Source: Macrostomum lignano (Eukaryota). From it: a stretch of 64,000 bases of DNA. Below are positions 24,401 to 33,987 of this stretch, piece by piece (the first letter of the stretch is position 1; every line of letters starts with the position of its first letter). Position numbers and translations under genes: made by a program. Below the pieces are notes generated by a model, which worked only from the letters and a program-made list of their open reading frames with translations, made no database searches and was not told the origin of the DNA. The stretch covers positions 62,001 to 126,000 of the forward strand of contig NIVC01001373.1 in the NCBI GenBank assembly GCA_002269645.1, given 5' to 3'.

Positions 24401-27400
24401 AGTCATATGAGTTTACATTGGGGTCTCTAGGGGCAGAAAGGCATACAGTTGATTGGTCTCGAGGGGTAAACAGGTAGACAGTGGAGTCTCGAAGGGTAAA
24501 CAGGTAGACAGTGGAGTCTCGAGGGGTGAACAGGTAGACAGTGGAGTCTCGAGGGGTGAACAGGTAGACAGTGGAGTCTCGAGGGGTGAACAGGTAGACA
24601 GTGGAGTCTCGAGGGGTGAACAGTCTACCAGAGTAGATACGAGTAGATAGACAATTTTGTCTCCTGGGGTAGCTTCGAGGGTAATCTCGAATCTATATAA
24701 GCTATAATGACAGAATACTACAAAATGCAGCAGTCATAATCCATAGATCAACAACTCTACAGCCATCGAAGATTGCCGAATAACAGCAGACGAGTTGATG
24801 GCAACATCTGAGAACAGCAATATTGCTCAATGACGCATTCAGGAGGCCGCTGCATCATTAGCAGGTGCTTATTCTGGCGGTGCAAAATGAAGAGCTAGTA
24901 CTTCAGCCTCTTCAGCTTTGGTGCCATCAGATCCCCCTTCTTTCCAGCAAGTTTTTCCTTGGGCTTACCTGGGCCGACGGCATTGTAATGCAGGTATCAG
25001 CACAACAAGTTGCCCCTAATCACTCTCAACATATTCCCATCCTTGTCACAATCTCTGAGACCCTATCACAATATCCTACCTCCGTCTCAATCTCCTTGCC
25101 TTTGTCACAATATCCAAATCTCCTAATCTCTGTCCCAATCTTATATGTCATAAACTCTTAATGTGTGTCCCGATCTCCTAATCTCTGTCTCACAGTCTCC
25201 TAATCTGTCACAATCTCCTAATGTGTGTCAATTTCCTAATCTGTCACAATCTTCTAATCGGTGTCACAATCTTCTAATCTGTGTCACAATCTCCTAATCT
25301 GTGTCACATTCTTCTAATCTTTGTCACAATCTTCTAATCTGTGTCACAATCTCCTAATCTGTGTCACATTCTTCTAATCTTTGTCACAATCTTCTAATCT
25401 GTTTGCCAATCTTCTTATATCTCACAATCTCCTAATCTCTGTCTCAAAATCCCCTAATATCTGTCTCACAATCTCTTAATCTGTGTCACAATCTCCTAAT
25501 CTCTGTCTCACAGTCTCCTAATCTGTGTCACAATCTCCCAATCTCTGTCTCACAGTCTCCTAATCTGTGTCACAATTTCCTAATCGGTCAAAATCTCCTA
25601 ATCTCTGTCACAATCTCCTAATCTGTGTCATAATCTCCTAATCTCTGTCTCAGTCTCCTACTCTCTGTCACAATCTCCTAATCTGTGTCACAAACTCCTA
25701 ATCTCTGTCTCACAGTCTCCTAATCTGTTTCACAATCTACTAATCTGTGTCACAATCTTGTAATCTGTGTCACAATCTCCTAATCTCTGTCACAATCTCC
25801 TAATCTGTTTTACAATTTCCTAAGCTCTGTCACAATCTCCTAATCTGTGTCACAATCTCCTAATCTGTGTCACAATCCCCTAATCTGTGTCACAATCTCC
25901 TAATCTCTGTCACAATCTCCTAATCTCTGTCACAATCTCCTAATCTGTTTCACAATCTCCTAATCTGTGTCACAATCTCCTAATCTGTGTCACATTCTTC
26001 TAATCTTTGTCACAATCTTCTAATCTGTGTCACAATCTCCTAATCTGTGTCACATTCTTCTAATCTTTGTCACAATCTTCTAATCTGTTTGCCAATCTTC
26101 TTATATCTCACAATCTCCTAATCTCTGTCTCAAAATCCCCTAATATCTGTCTCACAATCTCTTAATCTGTGTCACAATCTCCTAATCTCTGTCTCACAGT
26201 CTCCTAATCTGTGTTACAATCTCCCAATCTCTGTCTCACAGTCTCCTAATCTGTGTCACAATTTCCTAATCGGTCAAAATCTTCTAATCTCTGTCACAAT
26301 CTCCTAATCTGTGTCATAATCTCCTAATCTCTGTCTCAGTCTCCTACTCTCTGTCACAATCTCCTAATCTGTGTCACAAACTCCTAATCTCTGTCTCACA
26401 GTCTCCTAATCTGTTTCACAATCTACTAATCTGTGTCACAATCTTGTAATCTGTGTCACAATCTCCTAATCTCTGTCACAATCTCCTAATCTGTTTTACA
26501 ATTTCCTAAGCTCTGTCACAATCTCCTAATCTGTGTCACAATCTCCTAATCTGTGTCACAATCCCCTAATCTGTGTCACAATCTCCTAATCTCTGTCACA
26601 ATCTCCTAATCTCTGTCACAATCTCCTAATCTGTTTCACAATCTCCTAATCTGTGTCACAATCTCCTAATCTGTGTCACAATCTCCTAATCTGTGTCACA
26701 ATCTCCTAATCTGTGTCACAATCTCCTAATCTGTGTCACAATCTCCTAATCTCTGTCACAATCTCCTAATCTGTGTCACAATCTCCTAATCTCTGTCACA
26801 ATCTCCTAATCTCTGTCACAATCTCCTAAGCTCTGTCACAATCTCCTAATCTGTGTCACAATCTCCTAATCTGTTTCACAATCTCCTAAGCTCTGTCACA
26901 ATCTCCTAATCTGTTTCACAATCTCCTAATATTTGTCTCTTTCTCTGCATCTTCCTGTCGCAACTCATAAAATGGCATCACAATGAACTTTTACCTCTTG
27001 CAGCAATATTTATTATCAGCGAGTCAATAGCAATTCGCCTCGGGGCTTGAGTCTAGTAGAGCCTAGTAATTGCCCAGCAGCAGGAAGCAGAGTATACGGA
27101 GAATTCTAGAGAATGCGCTGGATGCCTCAAAGCAAGGCGCACCGGCCGCGCAGTGGGTGTCGTAAAACTGGGTCCCCCAAAACTGCTTGAAGGAAATTTC
27201 CAAGAATGGGCGATAAAAAATAGGAATGATTTTCAAACGGAGGTAAGGAAAGTCGTTCTGGTTCACTTTAGTGCAATTACTTCTTCATACAATTATATAG
27301 GCTGTAGAAAATCCAATGCACCTAATAGCACTGATTCTATATACATATATGGGCCACTCCAGCGTTTTCTGGTCGCAGCGCAAAGCTCGCGGTGTTTTTT

Positions 27401-29769
27401 ACCATAGACTGTAGCTTCTGCTGCTCGCAACAGCTAGTGTTTGTGGTCCTAACCTCGAGGTTTTTTAGGCCTCGGAGACGGTCTTGTATTATTAATATAT
27501 AACTTTTTGCAGCCTATTTGGGCCTAAAGGCATTGAATTTAATCCAAGATAGGTTTGCCAATGTAACGGAGCTTTTGTCTATGGTAGCACAGCGGCATTT
27601 GGTTTGCATCAATTTGGTTCAACAAGCATCAATTTGGTCCATCAAGCATTAATTTGGTCCAACAAGCATCAATTTGGTCCAACAAGCATCAATTTGGTCC
27701 AACAAGCATCAATTTGGTCCAACAAGCATCAATTTGGTCCAACAAGCATCAATTTGGTCCAACAAGCATCAATTTGTCCAACAAGCATCAATTTGGTCCA
27801 TCAAGCATCAATTTGGTCCAACAAGCATCAATTTGGTCCATCAAGCATCAATTTGGTCCAACAAGCATCAATTCGGTCCATCAAGCATCAATTTGGTCCA
27901 ACAAGCATCAATTTGGTCCAACAAGCATCAATTTGGTCCAAGAAGCATCAATTTGGTCCAACGAGCATCAATTTGGTCCAACAAGCATCAATTTGGTCCA
28001 ACAAGCATCAATTTGGTCCAACAAGCATCAATTTGGTCCAACAAGCATCAATTTGGTCCAACAAGCATCAATTTGGTCCAACAAGCATCAATTTGGTCCA
28101 AACGCTCGTGAGCCAGTCGGCAAACTCCTGCCTTCTCGCAACCGTCTGCGGGTTGTTGCGCACCGCTGGATTGTCAGCGTCTTTACCGACAATTTTGAGT
28201 CGCTTTTCCAGAGCTCTGCTGATAGTCGAAATTTGATAACCAACTGGAGCTGTTCCTTCACTTCTGCTGCATTTCTGCACACCGTCAACAAAGGGTTCGT
28301 CTCAACTGCATCGAGTAGCTCTTGGACCTGAGGCTCTCGCCTTGGCGATTGCCACCCCTTCGCAGGCGATCTCTGCACAAGCCAATGGCAGCCTAGCACT
28401 AGCATATGGTCCGCAATTGTGATCTTGCTCCTCCACAGCAGTTACAGATGAAGCTATGGATCAAATTGATGCTTGTTGGACCAAATTAAAAGCCACTGTG
28501 CCAGCCTTGCTACCATAGACAAAAGCTCTAGACGTTACATTGGCAAGCTTATTTTGGATTAAATAAAGAGCGCGTAAGCCCAAATGGGTTACCATATTAT
28601 ATGGTAGAGAAGGATACATTAACAATATCATTTCTTTCGTTTAGCTCACAGTGAAGTCAAATTTCATTCATTGTTAATCCAGGTATGCAATCATTCGGAA
28701 ACCAGCTAACGTTGATCATATTTTACTTTCTGAAAACCTTTCTCTCTAACTTTTTTCTCTTAGCTACGCCTTTTTCTCTTTCATTTCGCCCAAGAACCAC
28801 TGTAGTACTCGTAAAACTCAAAGATCGTGTAATTTTTGGAGGCCGATTTCCTGGAAAAAAATATTTTTTTTCGTTACAGAATCAATGATTGGACTTGATC
28901 TGGGCATTGAGGATTGCTATTCTTTTAATTTAGCATGTACAGCATGTTTGTTACTCTGTTTTATTTTATATAGCTGTGTAGTGAAAGTTTTATTATCGTA
29001 TTGCTTTTCTTTTTATTTCATAAGCCCAGAGTTGTAAATACTCACAAGTGGCAATAGCTTCGCTGTTTGTTTTGTTCATTCTTGAATCAAGTATATTTGT
29101 GATAAAATGTTGCATGCAGGTACTTTTAAGCCATCATTGTAGTTATAATTCCATTTCAATGCATATTACGAGCTAGTTCCTACATACAAACATACACAGC
29201 TAGTGCATACAACTTTGGGCTTATAAAAAAAAACAGAAAAATAATTTAGTTCGAGTTTTACGTCCTGTTACACTCGTATATCACAGTGGTCCTTGAGTCA
29301 GCTTCCAATTTTTTTGTGGTGGGCCAACGCTCCTGCCTATGGTCGAAAGACACCATGATCGGCACTAGATAGAAAGATACGCTCCTGTCTATGGTCGAAA
29401 TGGTATGATACCATGATCGGCACAAGATAGAAAGATACGCTCCTGCCTATGGTCGAAAGACACCATGATCGACACAAGATAGAAAGATACGCTCCTGTCT
29501 ATGGTCGAAGGATACCGTGATCGGCACAAGACAGAACGATACGCTCCTGTCTATGGTCGAAGGATACCATGATCGGCACAAGACAGAACGATACGCTCTT
29601 GTCTATGGTCGAAAGATACCACGATCGAGATGGAAGGTCCAGGCTTTTCATTTGAAAATGATAACAACCATACAGTCTGACTGCCCCACTCACGCGTGCC
29701 ATCGAATCTAGTGGCAATCGTGTCCAAGAATGTGTTCTGCGGAGCCAGGAAGCCTCTTCGCTGCAGCAT
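49..29769 (-). CDS. elk: Elk/Kv12 (KCNH3/4/8-like) voltage-gated K+ channel, whole spliced gene (~16 coding exons)
   Basis: Joined exons give the PAS cap ([35 protein letters not shown]), the Elk-type [15 protein letters not shown] motif, S1-S6 with filter TSIGFGN, the C-linker, a CNBHD ending LAYNMREG and a C-terminal coiled coil. Splice phases are consistent from exon 1 to exon 12; C-terminal exon boundaries are less certain. Confidence 0.95.
620..1480. repeat. ~20-bp minisatellite (tcctaatcctaatagtgttt)n
   Basis: Direct tandem repeats in the last Elk intron. Confidence 0.95.
1666..1920 (-). CDS. elk: Candidate Elk exon 15 (3' end could be 1651)
   Basis: ttgcag acceptor; GC-rich open frame [11 protein letters not shown]...[13 protein letters not shown]; phase 1 to 1. 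Confidence 0.6.
2025..2610. repeat. ~29-bp minisatellite (gacaaggggtagcgggagccttatctaat)n
   Basis: About 20 tandem units with variable G-runs. Confidence 0.95.
2640..2712 (-). mobile_element. Short RTE LINE remnant (3' ORF region)
   Basis: Minus strand atcatccccgccgagtcgt...cggtgcaggagctgctgctgctgac closely matches the RTE copy at 38961-39016. One frame reads [10 protein letters not shown], versus [10 protein letters not shown] in the large RTE. Confidence 0.75.
2654..2745 (-). CDS. elk: Tentative Elk exon 14 overlapping an RTE remnant (end at 2684 or 2654)
   Basis: An exon of length 3n+2 is needed to convert phase 2 to phase 1. An aag acceptor at 2746-2748 opens [21 protein letters not shown]; only weak phase-1 donors (GTGCAG, GCACTC) are available. 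Confidence 0.35.
3049..3120 (-). CDS. elk: Candidate Elk exon 13 (72 nt)
   Basis: aag|G CCT CAT...open frame [23 protein letters not shown]; donor AG|GTACAA; phase 2 to 2. Confidence 0.5.
3290..4235. repeat. Interrupted ~27-bp C/A-rich minisatellite (cacacaccccactccctatcgccccag)n
   Basis: Three blocks at about 3290-3480, 3670-3740 and 3970-4235. Confidence 0.9.
4285..4490 (-). CDS. elk: Elk exon 12 (acidic C-terminal tail)
   Basis: cag|GAG GAG...; acidic [17 protein letters not shown]; donor AA|GTGAGC (phase 2). Confidence 0.75.
4525..4930. repeat. 19-bp minisatellite (gtcagacagctgtagatgt)n
   Basis: About 21 tandem units. Confidence 0.95.
5023..5237 (-). CDS. elk: Elk exon 11 (CNBHD, intrinsic-ligand region)
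   Basis: GKGDLFGTD...[11 protein letters not shown]...[12 protein letters not shown]|GTGAAA. Confidence 0.94.
5260..6375. repeat. 22-bp minisatellite (ggagagtgactagtctgattct)n
   Basis: About 50 units filling the intron between exons 10 and 11. Confidence 0.95.
6394..6643 (-). CDS. elk: Elk exon 10 (C-linker, CNBHD)
   Basis: [27 protein letters not shown]...MVVAILG; donor G|GTGAGC. Confidence 0.96.
6720..7200. repeat. 28-bp minisatellite (tctctgcaccaacctcactccctgtccc)n
   Basis: About 16 tandem units. Confidence 0.95.
7264..7463 (-). CDS. elk: Elk exon 9 (S6 end, C-linker)
   Basis: [22 protein letters not shown]...[14 protein letters not shown]|GTGAGT. Confidence 0.96.
8140..8800. repeat. 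51-bp minisatellite, ~12 near-identical units
   Basis: Unit gtcagttggcgtgtatgaccttgcaggaattccgtcgaacttgagacagga; it explains the 17-aa periodic ORFs on both strands. Confidence 0.95.
8958..9197 (-). CDS. elk: Elk exon 8 (turret, pore helix, GFG filter, S6)
   Basis: [38 protein letters not shown]; cag acceptor and G|GTGAGG donor. Confidence 0.96.
9370..9568 (-). CDS. elk: Elk exon 7 (S4-S5)
   Basis: cag|[50 protein letters not shown]; donor A|GTGAGA. Confidence 0.93.
9620..10270. repeat. 20-bp composite minisatellite (gacattggatctctgtgagt / gacattggaactctatgaga)
   Basis: Alternating variant units. Confidence 0.92.
10605..12240. repeat. 11-bp minisatellite (taggatggagc)n, ~1.6 kb
   Basis: Long tandem array running up to the exon 6 donor region. 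Confidence 0.96.
12273..12454 (-). CDS. elk: Elk exon 6 (S2-S3)
   Basis: cag|AC ATC TGC; [44 protein letters not shown]; donor ATG|GTGAGC. Confidence 0.94.
13040..13820. repeat. ~53-bp minisatellite
   Basis: Unit cacaccgcatgtacactcggggtgtaaattgaatgtacacatcggggaatgcg; lies inside the GC-AG intron. Confidence 0.95.
13846..14104 (-). CDS. elk: Elk exon 5 (S1-S2), ends at a GC donor
   Basis: cag|ATT CAC...[32 protein letters not shown]...VEVVFIA G|GCAAGT. Confidence 0.9.
14300..14880. repeat. 19-bp minisatellite (ggtacaggatggcagctat)n
   Basis: About 30 highly homogeneous units. Confidence 0.96.
14918..15300 (-). CDS. elk: Elk exon 4 (low-complexity N-linker plus RRRSRAVLY motif)
   Basis: tag|CG CCA...; ends [31 protein letters not shown]|GTGATG; phases 1 to 0 fit both neighbours. 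Confidence 0.88.
15318..15412. repeat. 13-bp minisatellite (tgcatagtgtaca)n
   Basis: About 7 units directly upstream of the exon 4 acceptor. Confidence 0.9.
15730..16750. repeat. Two abutting related ~30-bp gtcac-rich minisatellites
   Basis: gagttcactgtgtcacacagtcacaacct units, then gtcacagccttagtcacagagttcacattgt units. Confidence 0.9.
17123..17227 (-). CDS. elk: Elk exon 3 (PAC)
   Basis: tag|GA TCC...; [35 protein letters not shown]; donor G|GTGAGT. Not in the ORF track. Confidence 0.93.
17270..19170. repeat. 20-bp minisatellite (ggatgattccggagtggggt)n, ~1.9 kb
   Basis: About 95 tandem units. Confidence 0.96.
20151..21814 (+). mobile_element. 5'-truncated RTE-clade non-LTR retrotransposon in Elk intron 2 (antisense), frameshifted RT
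   Basis: RT motifs [37 protein letters not shown] across ORFs 20006-20767 and 20428-21756; frameshift near 20690; (TTG)n tail at about 21799-21811; 10-bp direct repeat TGTTTAAAAG at 20141-20150 and 21815-21824. Confidence 0.93.
21963..22193 (-). CDS. elk: Elk exon 2 (PAS)
   Basis: cag|AC AGC AAC...; [34 protein letters not shown]...FYKKT; donor G|GTGAGC. Confidence 0.95.
22260..22875. repeat. 20-bp minisatellite (gctagctggcaaaacatccg)n
   Basis: About 30 units. Confidence 0.96.
24460..24620. repeat. 30-bp minisatellite (gtctcgaggggtgaacaggtagacagtgga)n
   Basis: About 5 units. Confidence 0.9.
25150..26930. repeat. 20-bp minisatellite (cacaatctcctaatctgtgt)n with a ~686-bp higher-order duplication
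   Basis: The rare variant gtttgccaatcttcttatatctc recurs at 25401 and 26087. Confidence 0.93.
27495..28600 (-). mobile_element. Degenerate Tc1/IS630-like DNA transposon derivative with ~110-bp imperfect inverted ends
   Basis: 27513-27600 is the imperfect reverse complement of 28460-28588 (shared ttgccaatgtaacg, gagcttttgtctatggtagc). Internal frameshifted peptide [13 protein letters not shown].../[17 protein letters not shown]...[17 protein letters not shown] resembles the Tc1/IS630 HTH-linker region. Exact termini are uncertain. Confidence 0.6.
27610..28100. repeat. 20-bp minisatellite (aacaagcatcaatttggtcc)n
   Basis: About 24 units; one inverted copy of the unit at about 28462-28488. Confidence 0.95.
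29330..29620. repeat. ~52-bp minisatellite just inside Elk intron 1
   Basis: About 5 units of ctatggtcgaaagacaccatgatcggcacaagatagaaagatacgctcctgt. Confidence 0.88.
29694..29769 (-). CDS. elk: Elk exon 1 (PAS cap), 76 nt
   Basis: ATG at 29769; [25 protein letters not shown]; donor C|GTGAGT. Confidence 0.93.
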
Positions 29770-31071
29770 CGCGGCAGACTTGGCGCAGTTGCTTAATTTT
29801 AGAGCTGGCTGTGGCTTCACCCGGGAGTAGAGAAGGACTCTATAGAAACATATGCTATGCTAAAACTAAATGAAATAGATATTCCTCTGGCTGGCTTGTA
29901 TGCTGGCTGTGCTGGCTGCGCTCGGGTGCCAAGCTCGACTGGCCGCGCTCCGGCTATAAAGGCAGATCTTTTTTGGAGCGGCGCCTTTGAGGGGAATCGG
30001 AATGGGGAAGTAGTTAGTAGTACGAGGGATCGGATGGGGCCCCGGGGCAGGGGACGGGAGAGAGAGGAAATTCGACGGCTTGGCTTAGGTCGCCTTTCTC
30101 ACTCACCAAAAGGAAGACTTCCTCTGAGTGGCTCGCCGTGGCGACAAATCCCAATTCATGGGACATTGGAGACGATTGGAACAAGCAGAAAATAAATCCC
30201 CTTAAGGCAAAAGTCTATAATATTTAAGTACGTTCTTCGTTCTTTGATAAAATTTGATGACTTAATTTCATTTTATTTCTTCATACTTTTGTAAGTAGCG
30301 TGACGTGCATTTTTTCTCTGCATGGTTTTCTTTCAAAGATACGCCTTCACACGATGGTGGTTACAGAATTGGAAAATTCGCAATTGGATAAACAAACGGA
30401 GCGTCACCAGTAGCAAGCAAGCCCAGCAGTATTAAACAGGAAATCGGAAATTAACTCGTTCCAATATCAAAGTCCGACTTGCTGCTTCCATTGCAAACTG
30501 TTTCAAATTTGAAAGATTAGAGAGCGATAAACAAGGAGGCATTCCACTTTATGCTGAATTAAGTTTAACTCGTGTCGTGATAGATCTAAAAAAATATCAG
30601 TCTAGCAGGCTAATGCGCTGTTAGGGGAGGTATCAGAAAACCATACTCGACCCTGGATAGGAAAGACCCCAATGCGATACAATAAACTGAATTGCTGAAA
30701 CCCTTCTAACCTTTCTACGTTCCTTCGTTGTGCCTTCACTTACTTGTCTTTGTTTTGCCAAGAGGGTCAGCCAGGGGTCTGAACTCAACCCCCTTTCTGG
30801 TCAATTAATTGCAGTGTACACTCACGCTCCACTCAGCGGGGTTTGACCTAGACAGGGTTTTAATGTACGGCCTCACTGTACATTGGCTCCGGCGTCACAG
30901 TCATCCCTCCAACCGCCCTCTATTTTCTTACTTGAACAACACAAACTGGTTTTCAAGAGTCAGTCGCAACCAACTGTATTTAATCGACCCAACCAATACT
31001 TAAGAGGCCAGTTAGAATCAACACAATAAGATTCAAGCGCGCCAGTGAATTAATTATTAATTAGACACGCG

Positions 31072-32109
31072 ATGCAACTGTTAGTGACAGCTCTGATGCT
31101 ATGCACCTGCACAGCTTTTGCCTCTAGCACTGTTCTGCGTTTTAACAGCAATCCCAACCGCGATTGCAACCAGTCGCCGTCAGTCTGGTGCGGCTCTGAC
31201 GATGTCGCCGAAGCGTGCGGAGTTTCTAGCCAGTGCCGATCTGCTAAACGAGTGCAGAGGACGGCCGCCGAGCCGGTGGAGGTGACCATTTACATGGAGT
31301 CCCTCTGCCCCGATTGCAAGGCCTTCTTTAATAAGCAGCTGTACCCCGCCTGGCGCAAGTTGAACGCCTCCGGCATCATGATGGTCGACGTGGTGCCCTA
31401 CGGCAACGCCAAGGAGACTATCAAGGGCCACCGATGGATCTTCGAATGCCAGCACGGCCCAGCTGAGTGCGAGGGCAACCAAGTTGAGACCTGCGCCATT
31501 GGAATGCTGAATGACAAGCCAGACCGCTGGATGGCCTACCTGTCCTGCGTGGAGGAGCGCTCCACCGCCGACAACATGCTCCAGGTGGCGGAGCAGTGCG
31601 CGGTGGCGCTCAACATCAGCTGGGACCATATCAACACTTGCTCTCACAACGAGTGGGGCGACAAGCTCGAGCACTGGATGGCCGAGCGAACTCGAACTCT
31701 CAATCCGCCGCTTCAATACGTGCCCTGGGTCACCATCAACGGGGTGAGTAGTTTGAAAGCGATTTCACTCTGTCGTTTCTATTGGCAACTGTATACACGA
31801 GCCACTAATTGGACGAAGAAATTGTAACGTGACTGTGTTGTTCCAGCCAATCAATAGCGCCTATCGGTTTGGGTGACGTTATTGGCTCATAGAAGTCACG
31901 TGACAATTGTTTCATCCAATAGGAGTGGTCGTAGAGTTCACTTTCGTATACCTAACACCCCCTCCCACCCCACCTCCCACCCGCAGGTGCACAACGAGGA
32001 TATCCAGAAGCAGGCCGAGGCCAATCTTCTCCAGCTAGTCTGCTCCACCTACAAGGGCGCGAAGCCAGCGGAGTGCACCCAGGCCGTGGCCTCTCGATGC
32101 TACAAGTGA
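31072..32109 (+). CDS. GILT: Gamma-interferon-inducible lysosomal thiol reductase (GILT/IFI30-like); exons 31072-31743 and 31987-32109; 264 aa
   Basis: Signal peptide; YMESLCPDC active-site CXXC; GILT signature CQHGPAECEGNQVETC; YVPWVTING|VHNEDIQ joined across GTGAGT...cag. Confidence 0.95.
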
Positions 32110-32629
32110 CGGCCTTTAGCTCGGCCTGCCAGTTTCCTCGAGTAAACTTAAGTAAACTGTCGCTTACTAATTACTAAATGTACTTTCTGATTGTCTGTCT
32201 CGTTGATTTTTTTACGTTTCAACAGCAAATTGTTTGTCTTTAATTACAAAAACGAGCTACTTTCGATTAACAATACATTGATTAATTTTACTAGCCTAGT
32301 CTTTATGCCGTGGTAATTATTTTGATGTGATGATGACAAACTCAATAAATTAATTACTTTGTTACACCTATCCTGCTAATACCAATTCAAGCTAATGTTA
32401 CCCGGTTTCTGTCCATGTGCGACATTAAATCAGCTGTCCTATTAATACTATTATTATTAATCCAAACATGCGGCTATCTACTGTCAGTAATGAAGTATGC
32501 TTTTTATAATAATATATTATAATACCGGTTAACACTTTATTGTCAGCGGCGATTCTCTTGTCTGAAGTAAATCTTTTTTGTTAAAGGAAGAATTTTTATA
32601 ATTTGATTTAGATGTTATAACTTGATAAT

Positions 32630-33530
32630 GTGCCTCACTCCCTAACCCAGCCCTTGCTTAGCGCCTTACTATAGCTGCCTCACTCCCCAACCCATTTGCT
32701 TGGCACCTTACTACGAGCTAGATGCCTCACCCTCTAACCCAGCCCTTCGCTTGGCGCCTTACTATAGCTGCCTCACTCGCCAACCCACTCCTTTGCTTAG
32801 CGCCTTACTATAGCTGCCTCACTCCCCAACCCACTCCTTTGCTTAGCGCCTTACTATAGCTGCCTCACTCCCCAACCCACTCCTTTGCTTAGCGCCTTAC
32901 TATAGCTGACTCACTCCTTAACCCACTCCTTTGCTTAGCGCCTTACTATAGCTGCCTCACTCCCCAACCCACTCCTTTGCTTAGCGCCTTACTATAGCTG
33001 CCTCACTCCTTAACCCACTCCTTTGCTTAGCGCCTTACTATAGCTGCCTCACTCCTTAACCCACTCCTTTGTTTAGCGCCTTACTATAGCTGCTTCACTC
33101 CTTAACCCACTCCTTTGCTTAGCGCCTTACTATAGCTGCCTCACTCCTTAACCCACTCCTTTGTTTAGCGCCTTACTATAGCTGTTCTCACTCGCCAACC
33201 CACTCCTTTGCTTAGCGCCTTACTATAGCTGCCTCACTCCCCAACCCACTCCTTTGCTTAGCGCCTTACTATAGCTGCCTCACTCCTTAACCCACTCCTT
33301 TGCTTAGCGCCTTACTATAGCTGCCTCACTCCTTAACCCACTCCTTTGCTTAGCGCCTTACTATAGCTGCCTCACTCGCCAACCCACTCCTTTGCTTAGC
33401 GCCTTACTATAGCTGCCTCACTCCTTAACCCACTCCTTTGCTTAGCGCCTTACTATAGCTGCTTCACTCCACAACCCAGCCCTTCGCTAGGCATCTTACT
33501 TAACTGCCTCACTCCTTTGCTTGACGCCTT
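32630..33530. repeat. 46-bp minisatellite (cctcactccttaacccactcctttgcttagcgccttactatagctg)n
   Basis: About 18 units. Confidence 0.95.
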
Positions 33531-33987
33531 ACTAGCTGTCTCACCTCACAACCCACCCTGCAGGAATCTTCCATTCTGAGACACATTTATAACACAGAAA
33601 ATAGAAAACGGAAAAGCACAGAACATGTTTTTGGAAATCTTCCAGATGTTTAAACTGCACGCATAAACTGTCTCTGTGCGAGAGGGCATCAAAGCAATCT
33701 AATTATCTTCACTTTAGCCTAACACTGAAATTGTAGGAAAGAGCGAAGTATTCTAAACTGCTAGCACAGGAAGCAGCCATCATGCCACCTGTGCCGACTG
33801 ACATGCCTAAAGCAATCTGTCTGTCGCAAATTAGCGAAGGACTGGCTCTTCAGAACATAATTTTAAGCCCAGTTGTAAATTAGATGCCTTTTCTGTTCTG
33901 CTATATCTGGAATTGAAAACAAAGCAACAATATCAAATGCTGCACACTGAAATCCTGTTCCATAAGTATTAAAATCAACTTAATTTA

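Noticed and set aside
27604-28111. Gln/Asn-rich ORFs
   Set aside because: Translation of the 20-bp satellite.
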